Source: Octopus sinensis
Lineage: Eukaryota
Length of the DNA: 64,000 nucleotides
Assembly (NCBI RefSeq): GCF_006345805.1
Contig: NC_043024.1
Coordinates: 3,844,001 to 3,908,000 of the forward strand
Reading direction: 5' to 3'
Both the position numbers and the translations under genes were made by a program. This document shows, in pieces, positions 36,230-49,245 of this stretch. The notes beneath the pieces are model-generated. The model did no database searches, had not been told where the DNA came from, and saw only the letters and a program-made list of their open reading frames with translations. The first letter of the stretch is position 1. Every line of letters starts with the position of its first letter.

Positions 36230-37161
36230 GGTCCGAAATTTTTGTGGGAAGGGGTCAAACGATTAGATCGACTCCAGTATGGTGCTGGTATTTAATTTAT
36301 CGACCCCGAAAGGATGAAAGGCAAAGTTGACCTCGGCGGAATTTGAACTCAGAACGTAACGGCAGACGAAATACCTATTTTTTACTATCCACAAGGGGCT
36401 AAACACAGAGGGGACAAACAAGGACAGACATAGGTATTAAGTTGAATACATCGACCCCAGTGCGTAACTGGTACTTAATTTATCGACCCCGAAAGGATGA
36501 AAGGCAAAGTCGACCTCGGTGGAATTTGAACTCAGAACGTAACGGCAGACGAAATACTTATTTCTTTACTACCCACAAGGGGCTAAACACAGAGGGGACA
36601 AACAAGGACAGACATAGGTATTAAGTTGATTACATCGACCCCAGTGCGTAACTGGTACTTAATTTATCGACCCCTGAAAGGATGAAAGGCAAAGTCGACC
36701 TCGGTGGAATTTGAACTCAGAACGTAACGGCAGACGAAATACATATTTCTTTACTACCCACAAGGGGCTAAACACAGAGGGGACAAACAAGGACAGACAT
36801 AGGTATTAAGTTGATTACATCGACCCCAGTGCGTAACTGGTACTTAATTTATCGACCCCGGAAAGGATGAAAGGCAAAGTCGACCTCGGTGGAATTTGAA
36901 CTCAGAACGTACGACAGACGAAATACCTATTTCTTTACTACCCACAAGGGGCTAAACACAGAGAGGACAAAAAAGGACAGACAAACGGATTAAGTCGATT
37001 AGATCGACCCCAGTGCGTAACTGGTACTTATTTAATAACCCCCGAAAAGGATGAAAGGCACAGTCGACCTCGGCGGAATTTGAACTCAGAACGTAAAGGG
37101 CAGACGAAATACGGCTACGCATTTCGTCCGGCACGCTAACGTTTCTGCCAGCTCGCCACCT
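36230..37161 (-). repeat. Tandem multimer of SINE family B (one head plus about five bodies, 183-185-bp period)
   Basis: CTGGTA(C/T)TTA recurs at 36285, 36468, 36652, 36837 and 37021. Confidence 0.92.
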
Positions 37162-37477
37162 TTTGGAATATTTGGACTTTTTGCGTTAAGAGAATTCCTG
37201 GTGTTTGTTAATAAGTAACAGAGTTGGTGTGTTGGTTGAACTGTCGATGCAGAACACCCAAGAATCTCAGGTGGAGAATTTTGGGAATGTCTTAGAAATC
37301 TTCATTGTGCCAATAATAGATTGGATTTGGAGAATCCGCATCAATTTCTTTTGCTCTTATCCCACAAAACCAAATGTTTCTAGGTTTCTGTGTAAATATG
37401 ATGACAGGTACGATTACAGTCAAGGTACAAAAGTTTTGCATTAGTTCGCCATAAATGTTCTCTTTTATTTGGACTTG

Positions 37478-37510
<33 letters not shown>

Positions 37511-37627
37511 TGTGTACAGTGCTCAGGTGCACTACAACTCATCTAAAGTGTATATATAATCAGGTGTAGTTTCGGCGGATTTCGGAAAGCATGAGGGCCT
37601 TAAAGGATGCAGTGTCATGGCAGTCAT

Positions 37628-37747
37628 GTTTGTATGTATGTATGTATGTATGTATTGTATGTATGTGTATATGTATGTGTGTATGTATGTATGTATGTAT
37701 GTATATTTGTATGTATGTATGTATGTATGTATGTATGTATGTATGTA

Positions 37748-37778
<31 letters not shown>

Positions 37779-38165
37779 ATGTATGTATGTATGTGTGTGT
37801 GTATGTATGTATGTATGTATGTATGTATTGTGTGTGTATGTATGTATGTGTGTATGTATGTAATATGTATGTGTGTATGTATGTATGTATGTATGTATGT
37901 ATGTATGTATGTATATGTATGTATGTGGATGTATGTGTGTGTGTATGTAATGTATGTATGTATGATGTATGTGGTGTGTGGTATGTATGTATGTATGTAT
38001 GTATGAATGTATGTATGTACGTACGTACGTATGTATGTGTGTATGTATGTATGTATGTATGTATGTATGTATGTATATATGTGTGTATGTATGTATGTAT
38101 GTATGTATGTATGCATGCATGCATGCATGCATGTATGTATGTATGTAAGTATGTAAGTATGTATG
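37628..38165. repeat. (TATG)n microsatellite; similar tracts at 5447-5790 and 9641-9918
   Basis: Direct reading; source of the MYVC/HTYI ORFs. Confidence 0.95.
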
Positions 38166-38417
38166 TGTGTGTGTGTGTAAAAGTGTGTCTTTGAGCATGT
38201 GTCTGTCGCCTACCACCGCTTGACAACCGGTGCTAGTTAGTTTACGTCCCTGTAACTTAGCGGGTTCGGTGTAAGTGTGCGATAAAACAAGTACCAGACT
38301 TTAAACAAACAAGTCCTGGGTTTGATTTGTTTAGCTAAAAGTCTTCAACGTGGTGCCCCGGCTGGGCCGCAGCCCCATTTCTGGAGCAAGTAAAAAAGTT
38401 TAAAATAAATTAAATTA

Positions 38418-38820
38418 TAGGCACAGGAGTGGCTTTGTGGTAAGTAGCTTGTTTACCAACCACATGGTTCCCGGTTCAGTCCCACTGCGTGGCATCTTGG
38501 GCAAGTGTCTTCTGCTGTAGCCCCGGGCCGACCAATGCCTTGTGAGTGGATTTGGTAGACGGAAACTGAAAGAAGCCTGTCGTATATATGTATATATATG
38601 CGTGTGTGTTTGTGTTTGTCCCCCTAGCATTGCTTGACAACCGATGCTGGTGTGTTTATGTCCCCGTCACTTAGCGGTTCGGCAAAAAGAGACCGATAGA
38701 ATAAGTACTGGGCTTACAAAGAATAAGTCCCGGGGTCGAGTTGCTCGATTAAAGGTGGTGCTCCAGCATGGCCGCAGTCAAATGACTGAAACAAGTAAAA
38801 GAGTAAAAAGAGAGAGAGAG
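38418..38820 (+). mobile_element. Full-length SINE family A about 190 bp upstream of the PMS1 ATG
   Basis: Complete copy. Confidence 0.88.
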
Positions 38821-38932
38821 TAGTAAAATTCATGGGGCCCTAAAGTGTAGATATACCTCTATCTGTTAATTAAATCTCAACAGTTACCTCCCCTACCGAC
38901 TTTTTTCGTTTCATTCATTCATTCATCTTTGT

Positions 38933-38962
38933 AAGATGGCGGGAAACATCGTTATTTCGTAA
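38933..38962 (+). promoter_or_regulatory. YY1-type AAGATGGCGG element and candidate 8-codon uORF upstream of PMS1
   Basis: AAGATGGCGG at 38933-38942; ATG 38936 reads MAGNIVIS* and stops at 38962, 45 nt before the PMS1 ATG. Confidence 0.45.
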
Positions 38963-39007
38963 ATCGACCAGAGAGACTCTTTTGATGTTTATCGTAAGAC
39001 GGACAGG

Positions 39008-39148
39008 ATGACAACTCTGAAGGCGCTGCCATCTGATACTATTCGACTCATAGGAAGCACCCAAGTGATAACATCCGTTAGCAATGCTATTAAGGAGCTC
39101 GTGGAGAATTCCATCGATGCTGGGGCCACAAATATCCAAGTTAAACTG
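39008..39148 (+). CDS. PMS1: PMS1 coding exon 1 ([47 protein letters not shown])
   Basis: ATG at 39008, MutL N-box, GT donor at 39149, phase 0. Confidence 0.95.
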
Positions 39149-39168
39149 GTGCGTATCGTACACACGTT

Positions 39169-39204
<36 letters not shown>

Positions 39205-42200
39205 GTTGTTTCCTTGTATTGCTATCTACTTTGTTGCTTTATATACACGCGTTATTTGTATATGGGTGTGTATACAATTGTCTTGTACAAGAGAATCGAG
39301 CTGGTGATATTTTACGAGTGGAATTCGTTGTGTGTCTGTTTGTATGACAAAAGTCACTCGAGGTGAGAAGTATCCTACGTGTGTAATTTATCAAACTTAT
39401 TTTTGGCATTGTATTTCTCCTGTTTGTTCCACGAAACACACACACACACACACACATATATAGGCAAGACTTCCTTTTGTACCCCCCCCCCCAAAAAAAA
39501 AAACCCCTTTAAAATTTTTTTTTCTACACAAACCCCCATTTTCAGCTACGGGGAATACGAATCTGCCCACCCCCATCTCCAGAAAATTTGTATTTTTTTT
39601 ACTAATCCGATACTACCTGTGTGTGTATATATACAAACGCACACGCGTACAGGTAGTATCGAATTAGTGAAAACAAATAGTGGCAAATGTAAAGAATAAG
39701 CACACCACCCGCTTTTGGCGGTTAGGGTTACGCCTCCATGAGGCCCAACGCTCAAAAGGAACTCAACCACTTTGCCTCCATGAGGCCCAACGCTCAAAAG
39801 GAACTCAACCACTTTGCCTCCATGAGGCCCAATGCTCAAAAGGAACTCGGCCACTTTGCCACCATGAGGCCTAAGATTAGTGTTCAAATTCCACCCGGGT
39901 CGACTTTGCATTTCACCCTTTTCAGATCAATGAGATAAGTACCAGTTGAGTACTGGGGGTTGATGTAATTGACTAACCCCCTTCCCCAAAATTTTGGTCT
40001 CTGTGTCTGCAGTAGAAAACATTATTTATAGTTTTGTGTGTTTTGTGACCAAGGAAGACCCGGGGTGAAGTATTAAGGAACAACCTTGGGAAGCTGGACC
40101 TTTCGGGTGAGATGCTAAAGGGTTAATGTTCGTACAGAGTTTGTAATTTTTTGATATTACATTTTTTTTTTCTTTTTCCTTTTTACACAGGAAAATCATG
40201 GTCTAGATCGCATTGAAATCCGAGACAACGGCTGCGGAATTAAAAGCGAGGACTTCCCTTGTCTTGCTAAACGACATTGCACTTCCAAAATATGTCGGTT
40301 CACAGATTTGGAAGAATTGGTCACTTACGGATTCCGTGGAGAAGCGTTAGGTAAGTCCAAGAAATTCCTGGTTGAAACTTTGCTTTAACTGTTCCGGTCA
40401 TTGGATTGCGACCATACTGGAGCACTGCTTTAAAAGGTTTAATTGCTCAAATCAACCCCAGTATTTATCCCATCGGTCTCTTTTGCCTAACTGTTAAGTT
40501 ATAGGGATGTAAACAAACCAACACTGGTTGTCAAGTGAGTTATGCGGACACACACATACACACACATAAATATCGCACATATATCATCATGCATCATTTA
40601 ACATCCGCTTTCCATGCTGGCATGGGTTGGACAGTTTGACTGAGGGCTGGTGAGCCAGATGGCTGAACCAGGCTCCAATCCTGATCTGGCAATGCTTCTA
40701 CAGTTGGATGCCCTTCCTAACTTTGTGTGAACTTTTAAGCTAACTCCTGCAGAGGGTTAATTGGGCCCCACAGCCCAAAACTAAACAGAACTCAACAGCA
40801 CCACTATAATACATCTATAATACTCTTTTACTCTTTTCAGTCATTTGGCTGCGGCCATGCTGGAGCACTGCCTTTAGTCGAGCAAATCGACCCCGGGACT
40901 TATTGTTTGTAAGCCCAGTACTTATTCTACCGGTCTATTTTGCCGAACCGCTAATTAACGGGGACATAAACACACCAGCATCGGTTGTCAAGCAATGCTA
41001 GGGGACAAACACAGACACACAAACACAGACACACACATACATATATACGACGGGCTTCTTTCAGTTTCTGTCTACCAAATCCACTCACAAGGCATTGGTC
41101 GGCCCGGGGCTATAGTAGAAGACACCTGCCCAAGGTGCCACACAGTGGGATTGAACCCGGAACCATGTGGTTGGTTAACAAGCTACTTACCACACAGCCA
41201 GATGTTTGATCAGAGGTTAAGGATGGATGTGAATTACCATATTTTAATGTGGATAAGGAACCCCCTAATTTTAGGGGCTTAAAATTTGGAAAAGTGGTTT
41301 TGTAAAGGATTATAATACTATCCATGTATAAGAAATCTGGCCAGTTTGGACATCATCATCATCATCATCATCTTCATTTAGCATCCGCTTTCCATGCTAG
41401 CATGGTTTGGACGGTTCCAACTTGGGTCTGGAAAGCCAGAAGGCTGCACCAGGCCCAGTCTGATCTGGCAATGTTTTTACGGCTGGATGCTCTTCCTAAT
41501 GCCAACCATTCCGTGAGTGTAGTGGGTGCTTTTTACATGCCAGACGAGGCTGGTAAACGGCCACGATTGGATGGTGCTTTTTACATGCCACCGGCACGAG
41601 GCCAGTCGGGGCGGCGCTGGCAACGGCTATGTTCGGATGGTTCTCTTACGTACCACCGGCACTGGTATCACAGCTGCAATTTCCATTTATATAAAACAGG
41701 TAAAATATTCAGGCCAAATATGGCCAGTTTCAGTGCTAAAGGGAATAGCCATTTATGCCCTTGAGAAAAGGATGAACTTCACAACATCTTGTGTTATATG
41801 TAAACGTAATATCTGGTTGTCGTCTTTTCTTTGAACAGCATCCCTGAGTTCTGTCAGTGATCTGACTGTAACCAGTCGAACCATGTCCAACAGTCTCGCT
41901 CAAACTGCTTCCTTCAGCAAGTCGGGAGATGTCCTTAAAATCACCCCATGTTCATCAAACGAAGGTAAGTAAGATATATACATTCTTGGAGACTAGTTGG
42001 GGGCAGAGGAGGGGGATCTGTGGTCTGTGTGTTGCATGCAGGAAGTAAAGTGTAGGGGGGGTAGGAAGCATTTTGGTACAGTCGTTTTGGTGCTGCCTGT
42101 TTGATATCAGTGATTTGATGCTGACTTATTTGACAGAAGACATTTCAATGTTCCACTTTCTCTCACTCTCTCTCTCTCTTCCACCCTCTCTCACTTACCA

Positions 42201-44800
42201 TTTCTCTCTATCTCTACCTCTCCCTCTCTCTTCTTCCTTTACCTCTCACTCTCTTCCTCGCTCCCTCTTTCTTCCCCTCCCCTTCTCCCTACCTCTCCCT
42301 CTCTCTCTTCCTCTCCCCTTCTTTCTACCTCTCCCTCTCTCTTCCTCTACCTCTCCCTTTCTCTCTTCCTCTCTTCCTCTCCTCTTCTTCCTCTAGTAGT
42401 GATGGTGGTGGTGGCAGTGGTAGTAGTCGTAGTAGTAGTGGTGGTAGTAATGATAGGGTGGTGGTGGTGGTGGTAGTAGCAATAGTCATGGTAGTGGTGG
42501 TCGCGGTGTAATAGTACTAATAGTAGTAATGGTGGTAGTAGTAACCACAAGCTTCTTTTTTTCTTTTGTCTTTTAACCCCCACCCATGCCCCCTTGTTTT
42601 TCTTCAGGTAGTACAATCATCGCGAGTGGCCTGTTCCGGAACTTACCTGTGAGACATCAGTTCAACAAAAACGACAAACGCTGCAAAGAGGAACTGAAGA
42701 GGGTGGAAAACCTCATCACGGCCTTCAGCATCATCAACCCAGCCACCCGGTTCACGCTGCGCCACAACAAGGACATTCTACTGGAGAAAGGGGCCGTCGA
42801 TTCTTACCGTTCCGCTCTGATCGCTACGTGGGGATGGTCGCTTGTTCAACAGTTTGAACATATCGTTAACACTGACGAAGAACACCAGGTAAAAACAATC
42901 AGAAAAAAAACAGTTGTTCTTTATTTTTGTTTTGTTTGTTCTTTTATTTTTTACTTGTTTCAGTCATTTGACTGCGGCCATGCTGGAGCACCGCCTTTTA
43001 GTTGAGCAAATCGCCCCCGCAACTTATTCTTTGTAAGCCTAGTACTTATTCTATCAGACTCTTTTTACCGAACCGCTAAGTTACAGGGACGTACACACAT
43101 ACACCAGCATCTGATGTCAAGCGATGTTGGTGGGGACAAACACAGACACACACACATATATTACACACACACATGACACTTTTTTCAGTTCCGTCTACCA
43201 ATCCACTCACAAGGTTTTGGTCGGCCCGAGGCTATAGCAGAAGACACTTGCCCAAGGTGCCACGCAGTGGGACTGAAACCAGAACCATGTGGTTGGTTAG
43301 CAGCTACTTACCATACCACACAGTCACTCCTACACTATATACATATATAGAGACGGGCTTCTTTCAGTTTCCATCTACCAAATCCACCCACAAGGTTTTG
43401 GGTCGGCCCGAGGCTATAGCAGAAGACACTTGCCCAAGGTGCCACGCAGTGGGACTGAAACCAGAACCATGTGGTTGGTAAGCAAACTACTTACCTGCGC
43501 CTGTATTTTTTTGCTTTCATTTATTTTGTTTGTAGGCATAGGTTGTGTGTTTAAGAAGGTTGCTTCTCAACTACTGGGTTCTGGGTTCAGTCCCATTTCA
43601 TGATACCTTAAGCAAGTGTCACCTACTATAGCCCTGGGGGGATTAAATCCTTGAAAGGGGATTTGGTAGACTGATCCTGAAAGATACCATTTGAGTGTAT
43701 GTGTCCATTCATACATATTTATATATATATATATAACATCGGTGATGTGGGGAGGGGACGCTACATGTATATATATAAAAAGCACGAAGTCCACTCTGCT
43801 GAGTGGTTGGTGTTAGGAAGGGCATTCAGCTGTAAAAATCTTGCATATATATATATATATCATTATAGATATGTGTTCCATGCTAGCATGGGTGGGACGG
43901 TACCTCAAAAGCTGGCCATGCCAATGTCTGCACTGGACTTCTGTGATTGTTTTGGCAGGGTTTTTACAACGGTATGCCCTTCCTAACTCCAACCACTCAG
44001 CAGAGTGGACTTCGTGCTTTTTATATATATATACATATAGCGTCCCCTCCCCACATCACTGATGTTATCCAAGAGAAAGGCAAAGGAGCCGATACAGATT
44101 GGCACCAGTGACATCAAAACTCATTTCTTACAGCTGAGTGAACTGGAACAGCGTAAAATAAAGTGTCTTGCTCAAGGACACAACACTCAACCAGGTCCAG
44201 AAATCAAACTCACTACCTCATGACATTTTCTCCCTCTCTCTGTATATATATATGTGTGTGTATATATATGTATGTATATGTATGTGCACCTATGTGTGTT
44301 TGTATATATATGTATGTATATATATGTATGTGTGTGTGTGTATGTATGATGATTATTATCATTGTGGTGTCACTTTGTTTGTTTGTTGTTTTCTTTGTTA
44401 GATCAGTTTAGAGATGTTTCTCCCCCAAACCAAATCTGATGTGAATGTCATGAGCAGAACAGGCAGCGATCAAGGACTGGTTTACATCAACAGACGACCT
44501 GTTCGATTCAAGGCCATCCAAAAGGTACAAAGTCACCAAACCCCTTCATTTCTTTCTTTTTTACAATTCTTCAAAGAATAAAGGGCAAAGACACCACCAC
44601 CACCTTCGGTCAGGAATGACCATGGGATTGAACCTAGGAAGTTCCCCTCTGAAGAACAAGTCCAGGCAAGGTTGTTTATGGAAGTCTGGGTATGGTTGTT
44701 TATGGCAGGCACAACACACAGCCTGGTCTAGGAATTGAACTTATAACCTCATGATTGTGAGTTCGACACTAACCAGCGAGCCAGGCACTTTCTTTATATA

Positions 44801-44851
<51 letters not shown>

Positions 44852-47800
44852 TGATATATATATGTATATCATCATCATCATCACCGTTTAACGTCCGTTT
44901 TTCATGCTGGCATGGGTTGGACGGTTTGACTGGGGTCTGGGAAGCCAGGAGGTTGCACCAGACTCCAGTCTGATCTGGCAGTGTTTCTACAGCTGGATGC
45001 TCTTCCTAACGCTAACCACTCCGAGAGCGTAGCAAGTGCTTTTTACGTGCCACCGGCACAGGGGCCAGAGGAGCTGGAATCAACCATGATCAGATGATGT
45101 TTTTTTCCATGCCACCGGCACGGAAACCAGTCAAAGCGGCACTGACATCACCACGTTCGGATGGTGCTTTTTACTTGCTACTCGCACGGGGCTCACAACT
45201 ACAATTTCCAATGCCAGAGGTGGTTGGCATTAGGAATGGCATCCAGCCATTGCCAGATCAGACTGCAGTCTGATACAGCTTTCCAACTTGCCAGCCCTGG
45301 TCAAACCGTTCAACCCACGCCAACATGCATATCATCATCATCATCATCATCATCATCATTTAGCGTCTGTTCTCCATGCTAGCATGGGTTGGACGGTTCA
45401 ACTGGGGTCTGTGAAGCTGGAAGGCTTCGTCAGGCCCAGTCAGATCTGGCAGTGCTTCTACGGCTGGATGCCCTTCCTAACGCCAACCACTCTGTGAGTG
45501 TAGTGGGTGCTTTTTACGTGCCACCTGCATAGGTGCCAGACAGAGCTGGCAAACGGCCACGAACGGATGGTGCTTTTACGTGTCACCGGCACGGGGCCAG
45601 ACAGAGCTGGCAAACGGCCACGAACGGATGGTGCTTTTACATGTCACCGACATGGGGGCCAACGGATGTTAAATGATTATGATGTGTGTATGTATGAGTT
45701 CGCGTGTATTCTTTTCTAGACATCACATGATGGCTATGAATGACCATCACCATCATACAAGTATTCTTCACTGATGTTTTTTCTTTTATTTCTACAGGTT
45801 GTCCGTCAGTATTACTGCAACTCATTGGTTGGGGACAAGAACAGGTACCCCCTGTTTGTGGCCATCTTCACCGTACCCAACAGAGAAGTTGATGTTAATT
45901 TGGAACCAAACAAGGCGAGGGTACTCTTGCATAACGAGGTAGGAAAATTCATTTTGCTGACGTGCAAGTTTTGAAGATGATCATTTTTTTTTGCACTAAT
46001 TAGGCGCAGGGGTGGCTGTGTCGTAAGTAGCTTGCTAACCAACCACATGGTTCCGGGTTCAGTCCCACTGCGTGGCATCTTGGGCAAGTGTCTTCTGCTA
46101 TAGCCCCGGGCCGACCAATGCCTTGTGAGTGGATTTGGTAGACGGAAACTGAAAGAAGCCCGTCGTATATATGTATATATATGTATGTATGTGTGTGTTT
46201 GTGTTTGTCCCCCTAGCATTGCTTGACAACCGATGCTGGTGTGTTTACGTCCCCCTAACTTAGCGGTTCGGCAAAAGAGACCGATAGAATAAGTACTGGG
46301 TTTACAAAAGAATAAGTCCTGGGGTCGATTTGCTCAACTAAAGGCGGTGCTCCAGCATGGCCGCAGTCAAATGACTGAAACAAGTAAAAGAGTAATTATT
46401 GAGACCGAGAATATGAAGCAGTGGTCTTCAGGATGGGACACATCAGTAACTCTGACTGCATCTGGATGCTGGAATTCATCCCTATATTTTTGATCAGAGC
46501 CTGATGCTCAATTCAGATGTCTATGTAAAGCTGTTGGAGACTCTGGTCACACCCCAGCTCCAGCTGGGTTGTTGTAGGCGGCGAGCTGGCAGAAACATTA
46601 GCACGCCGGGCGAAATGCATAGCCGTATTTCGTCTGCTGTTACGTTCTGAGTTCAAATTCCGCCGAGGTCGACTTTGCCTTTCATCCTTTCAGGGTTTAT
46701 AAATTAAAGTACCAGTTACGCACTGGGGACGATGTAATCGACTTAATCCATTTGTCTGTCCTTCTTTGTCCCCTCTGTGTTTAGCCCCTTGTGGGTAGTA
46801 AAGAAATAGTTGTTGGAAGACCATATGTGTGGCACCAGGATTTGGCTCCTTGCCATTCCTACAGAAAGAATCTGAAGCGGTTGTCACAGAATTTCTATGA
46901 CCTCACCAACCCTAATTTCTGGTCTCCAAATTCCTCTGATTGTAATCTCATGGATTACTGTGAGGGTGGGGGCATGATGGTTGAGGAAGACTCCAACTGC
47001 CCTGCCTGCCACACCAAGGCTGAACTGGTAGCCAAGATCACAGAGGTGTTCAAAGATCTTTCCAGGGCCAAAGTGAAGAATGCATTCACCAGGTTCTGGA
47101 GCCATCTTAAGGTTGTAGTGGACGCTGAGGGTAACTGCTTTGGGTAAACTGATATCTCCCAACCATAATCTAGCTGAGATTTTTTTGATTTTTCTTTTAA
47201 ATCATCATTCATCATCATCATCGTTGAATATCCGCTTTCCATGCTGGCATGGGTTGGACGGTTTGACTGAGGACTGGTGAACCGGATGGCAGCACCAGGC
47301 TCCAATCTAATCTGGCAGAGTTTCTACAGCTGGATGTCCTTCCTAACCCCAGCTACTCTGAGAGTAGTGGGTGCTTTTTATGTGCCAGTCAGGCGGTTCT
47401 GGCAATGACCACGCCCAGATGTGCTTTTAACGTTCCACTGGCATGAGTACCAATCGGACGGTACTGTCATCAGCCACATTTTTGGATACTCTTTACTCTT
47501 TTACTTGTTTCAGTCATTTCACTGCGGCCATGCTGGAGCACCGCCTTTAGTCGAGCAAATCGACCCCGGGACTTATTCTTTGTAACCCGTACTTATTCTA
47601 TCGGTCTCTTTTGCCGAACCGCTAAGTGACGGGGCGTAAACACACCAGCATCGGTTGTCAACAATGCTAGGGGCCAAACCAGACACACAATAGACACGCA
47701 CACATACATATATATACATATATACGACAGGCTTCTTTCAGTTTCCGTCTACCAAATCCACTCACAAGGCATTGGTTGGCCCGGGGCTATAGCAGAAGAC

Positions 47801-48602
47801 ACTTGCCCATGATGCCACGCAGTGGGACTGAACCCGGAACCATGTGGTTGGTTAGTAAGCTACTTACCACACAGCCACTCCTTTCTTTTCCTTTCCTGCA
47901 AATTAACAAATTTATCCCAAACACCTTGTAGGGTCATCAAAGAATGAAAAATTCTTCATAATTTTCACTTTTTTTTCAATTTTTAAAATTTAAAAAAATT
48001 TTTTATTTTTTCAGGATATAATATTGGATATTCTAACAACGTTGCTGGAACGATTATATGGAGTTTTGGGTTCTGGAAACCAAGTTACAAAGAACGGTAG
48101 TAACCACACGTCTACCGAAACAAAACCTAAAACAGAGAACGGTGTGATACATTGTGCTAAGAATAATAAACCAATTCCTGAGAAGACAAACCCAACTGGT
48201 ATTGAACTCATGCCTCCAAGTACGTTACTACAACCACAGGCCAAATCGTCCTCAGGACTCACCAACGGCAATTTGCATCCAATGACAGACAGACGTAAGT
48301 GATCTGTGCTTAACCCTTTCCCTCTTTTACTCTTACTCTTTACTCTTTTACTTGTTTCAGTCATTTGACTGTGGCCATGCTGGAGCACCGCCTTTAATCG
48401 AGCAACTCGAGCCCGGGACTTATTCTTTTGTAAGCCCAGCACTTATTCTATCGGTTTCTTTTGCTGAACCGCTAAGTTACAGGGACGTAAACACACCAGC
48501 ATCGGTTGTCAAGCAATGCTAGGGGGACAAACACAGACACACAAACACACACAACGCATATATATATATATATTATATATATATTATATTTATATATATA
48601 TG

Positions 48603-48659
<57 letters not shown>

Positions 48660-48873
48660 TATATACATGCATATAATATGTATATATATATATATACATA
48701 TATACATGCATATATATATGTATATATATATATACATATATATATTGCATATATATATGTATATATATATATACATATATAAATACATATATACATATAT
48801 ATTATATATACATATATATATTATATACATATATATATATACATATATATATACATACATATAATATATATAC

Positions 48874-48924
<51 letters not shown>

Positions 48925-48969
48925 CATATATATATCTATATATATTATATATATCTATATATATCAATA

Positions 48970-49008
<39 letters not shown>

Positions 49009-49070
49009 TATATATATAATATATATACATAATATATATACATATATATAATATAACATATTATATATAC

Positions 49071-49154
<84 letters not shown>

Positions 49155-49201
49155 TATTATACCATATATATATATATACATACCATATAATATCTATACA
49201 T

Positions 49202-49245
<44 letters not shown>

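Noticed and set aside
37200-37460. Possible R4-type endonuclease tail on the minus strand (TVIVPVII)
   Set aside because: The similarity is too short and the frames too broken to support a call
38884-38930. Possible minus-strand donor (GAG/GTAACT) of a gene divergent from PMS1
   Set aside because: No downstream coding exons were recognised in 1-38 kb, and a single weak motif is insufficient
39732-39872. CRISPR-like regularly repeated 42-mers
   Set aside because: The units are directly contiguous with no unique spacers, there are no cas genes and the context is eukaryotic; this is a simple VNTR
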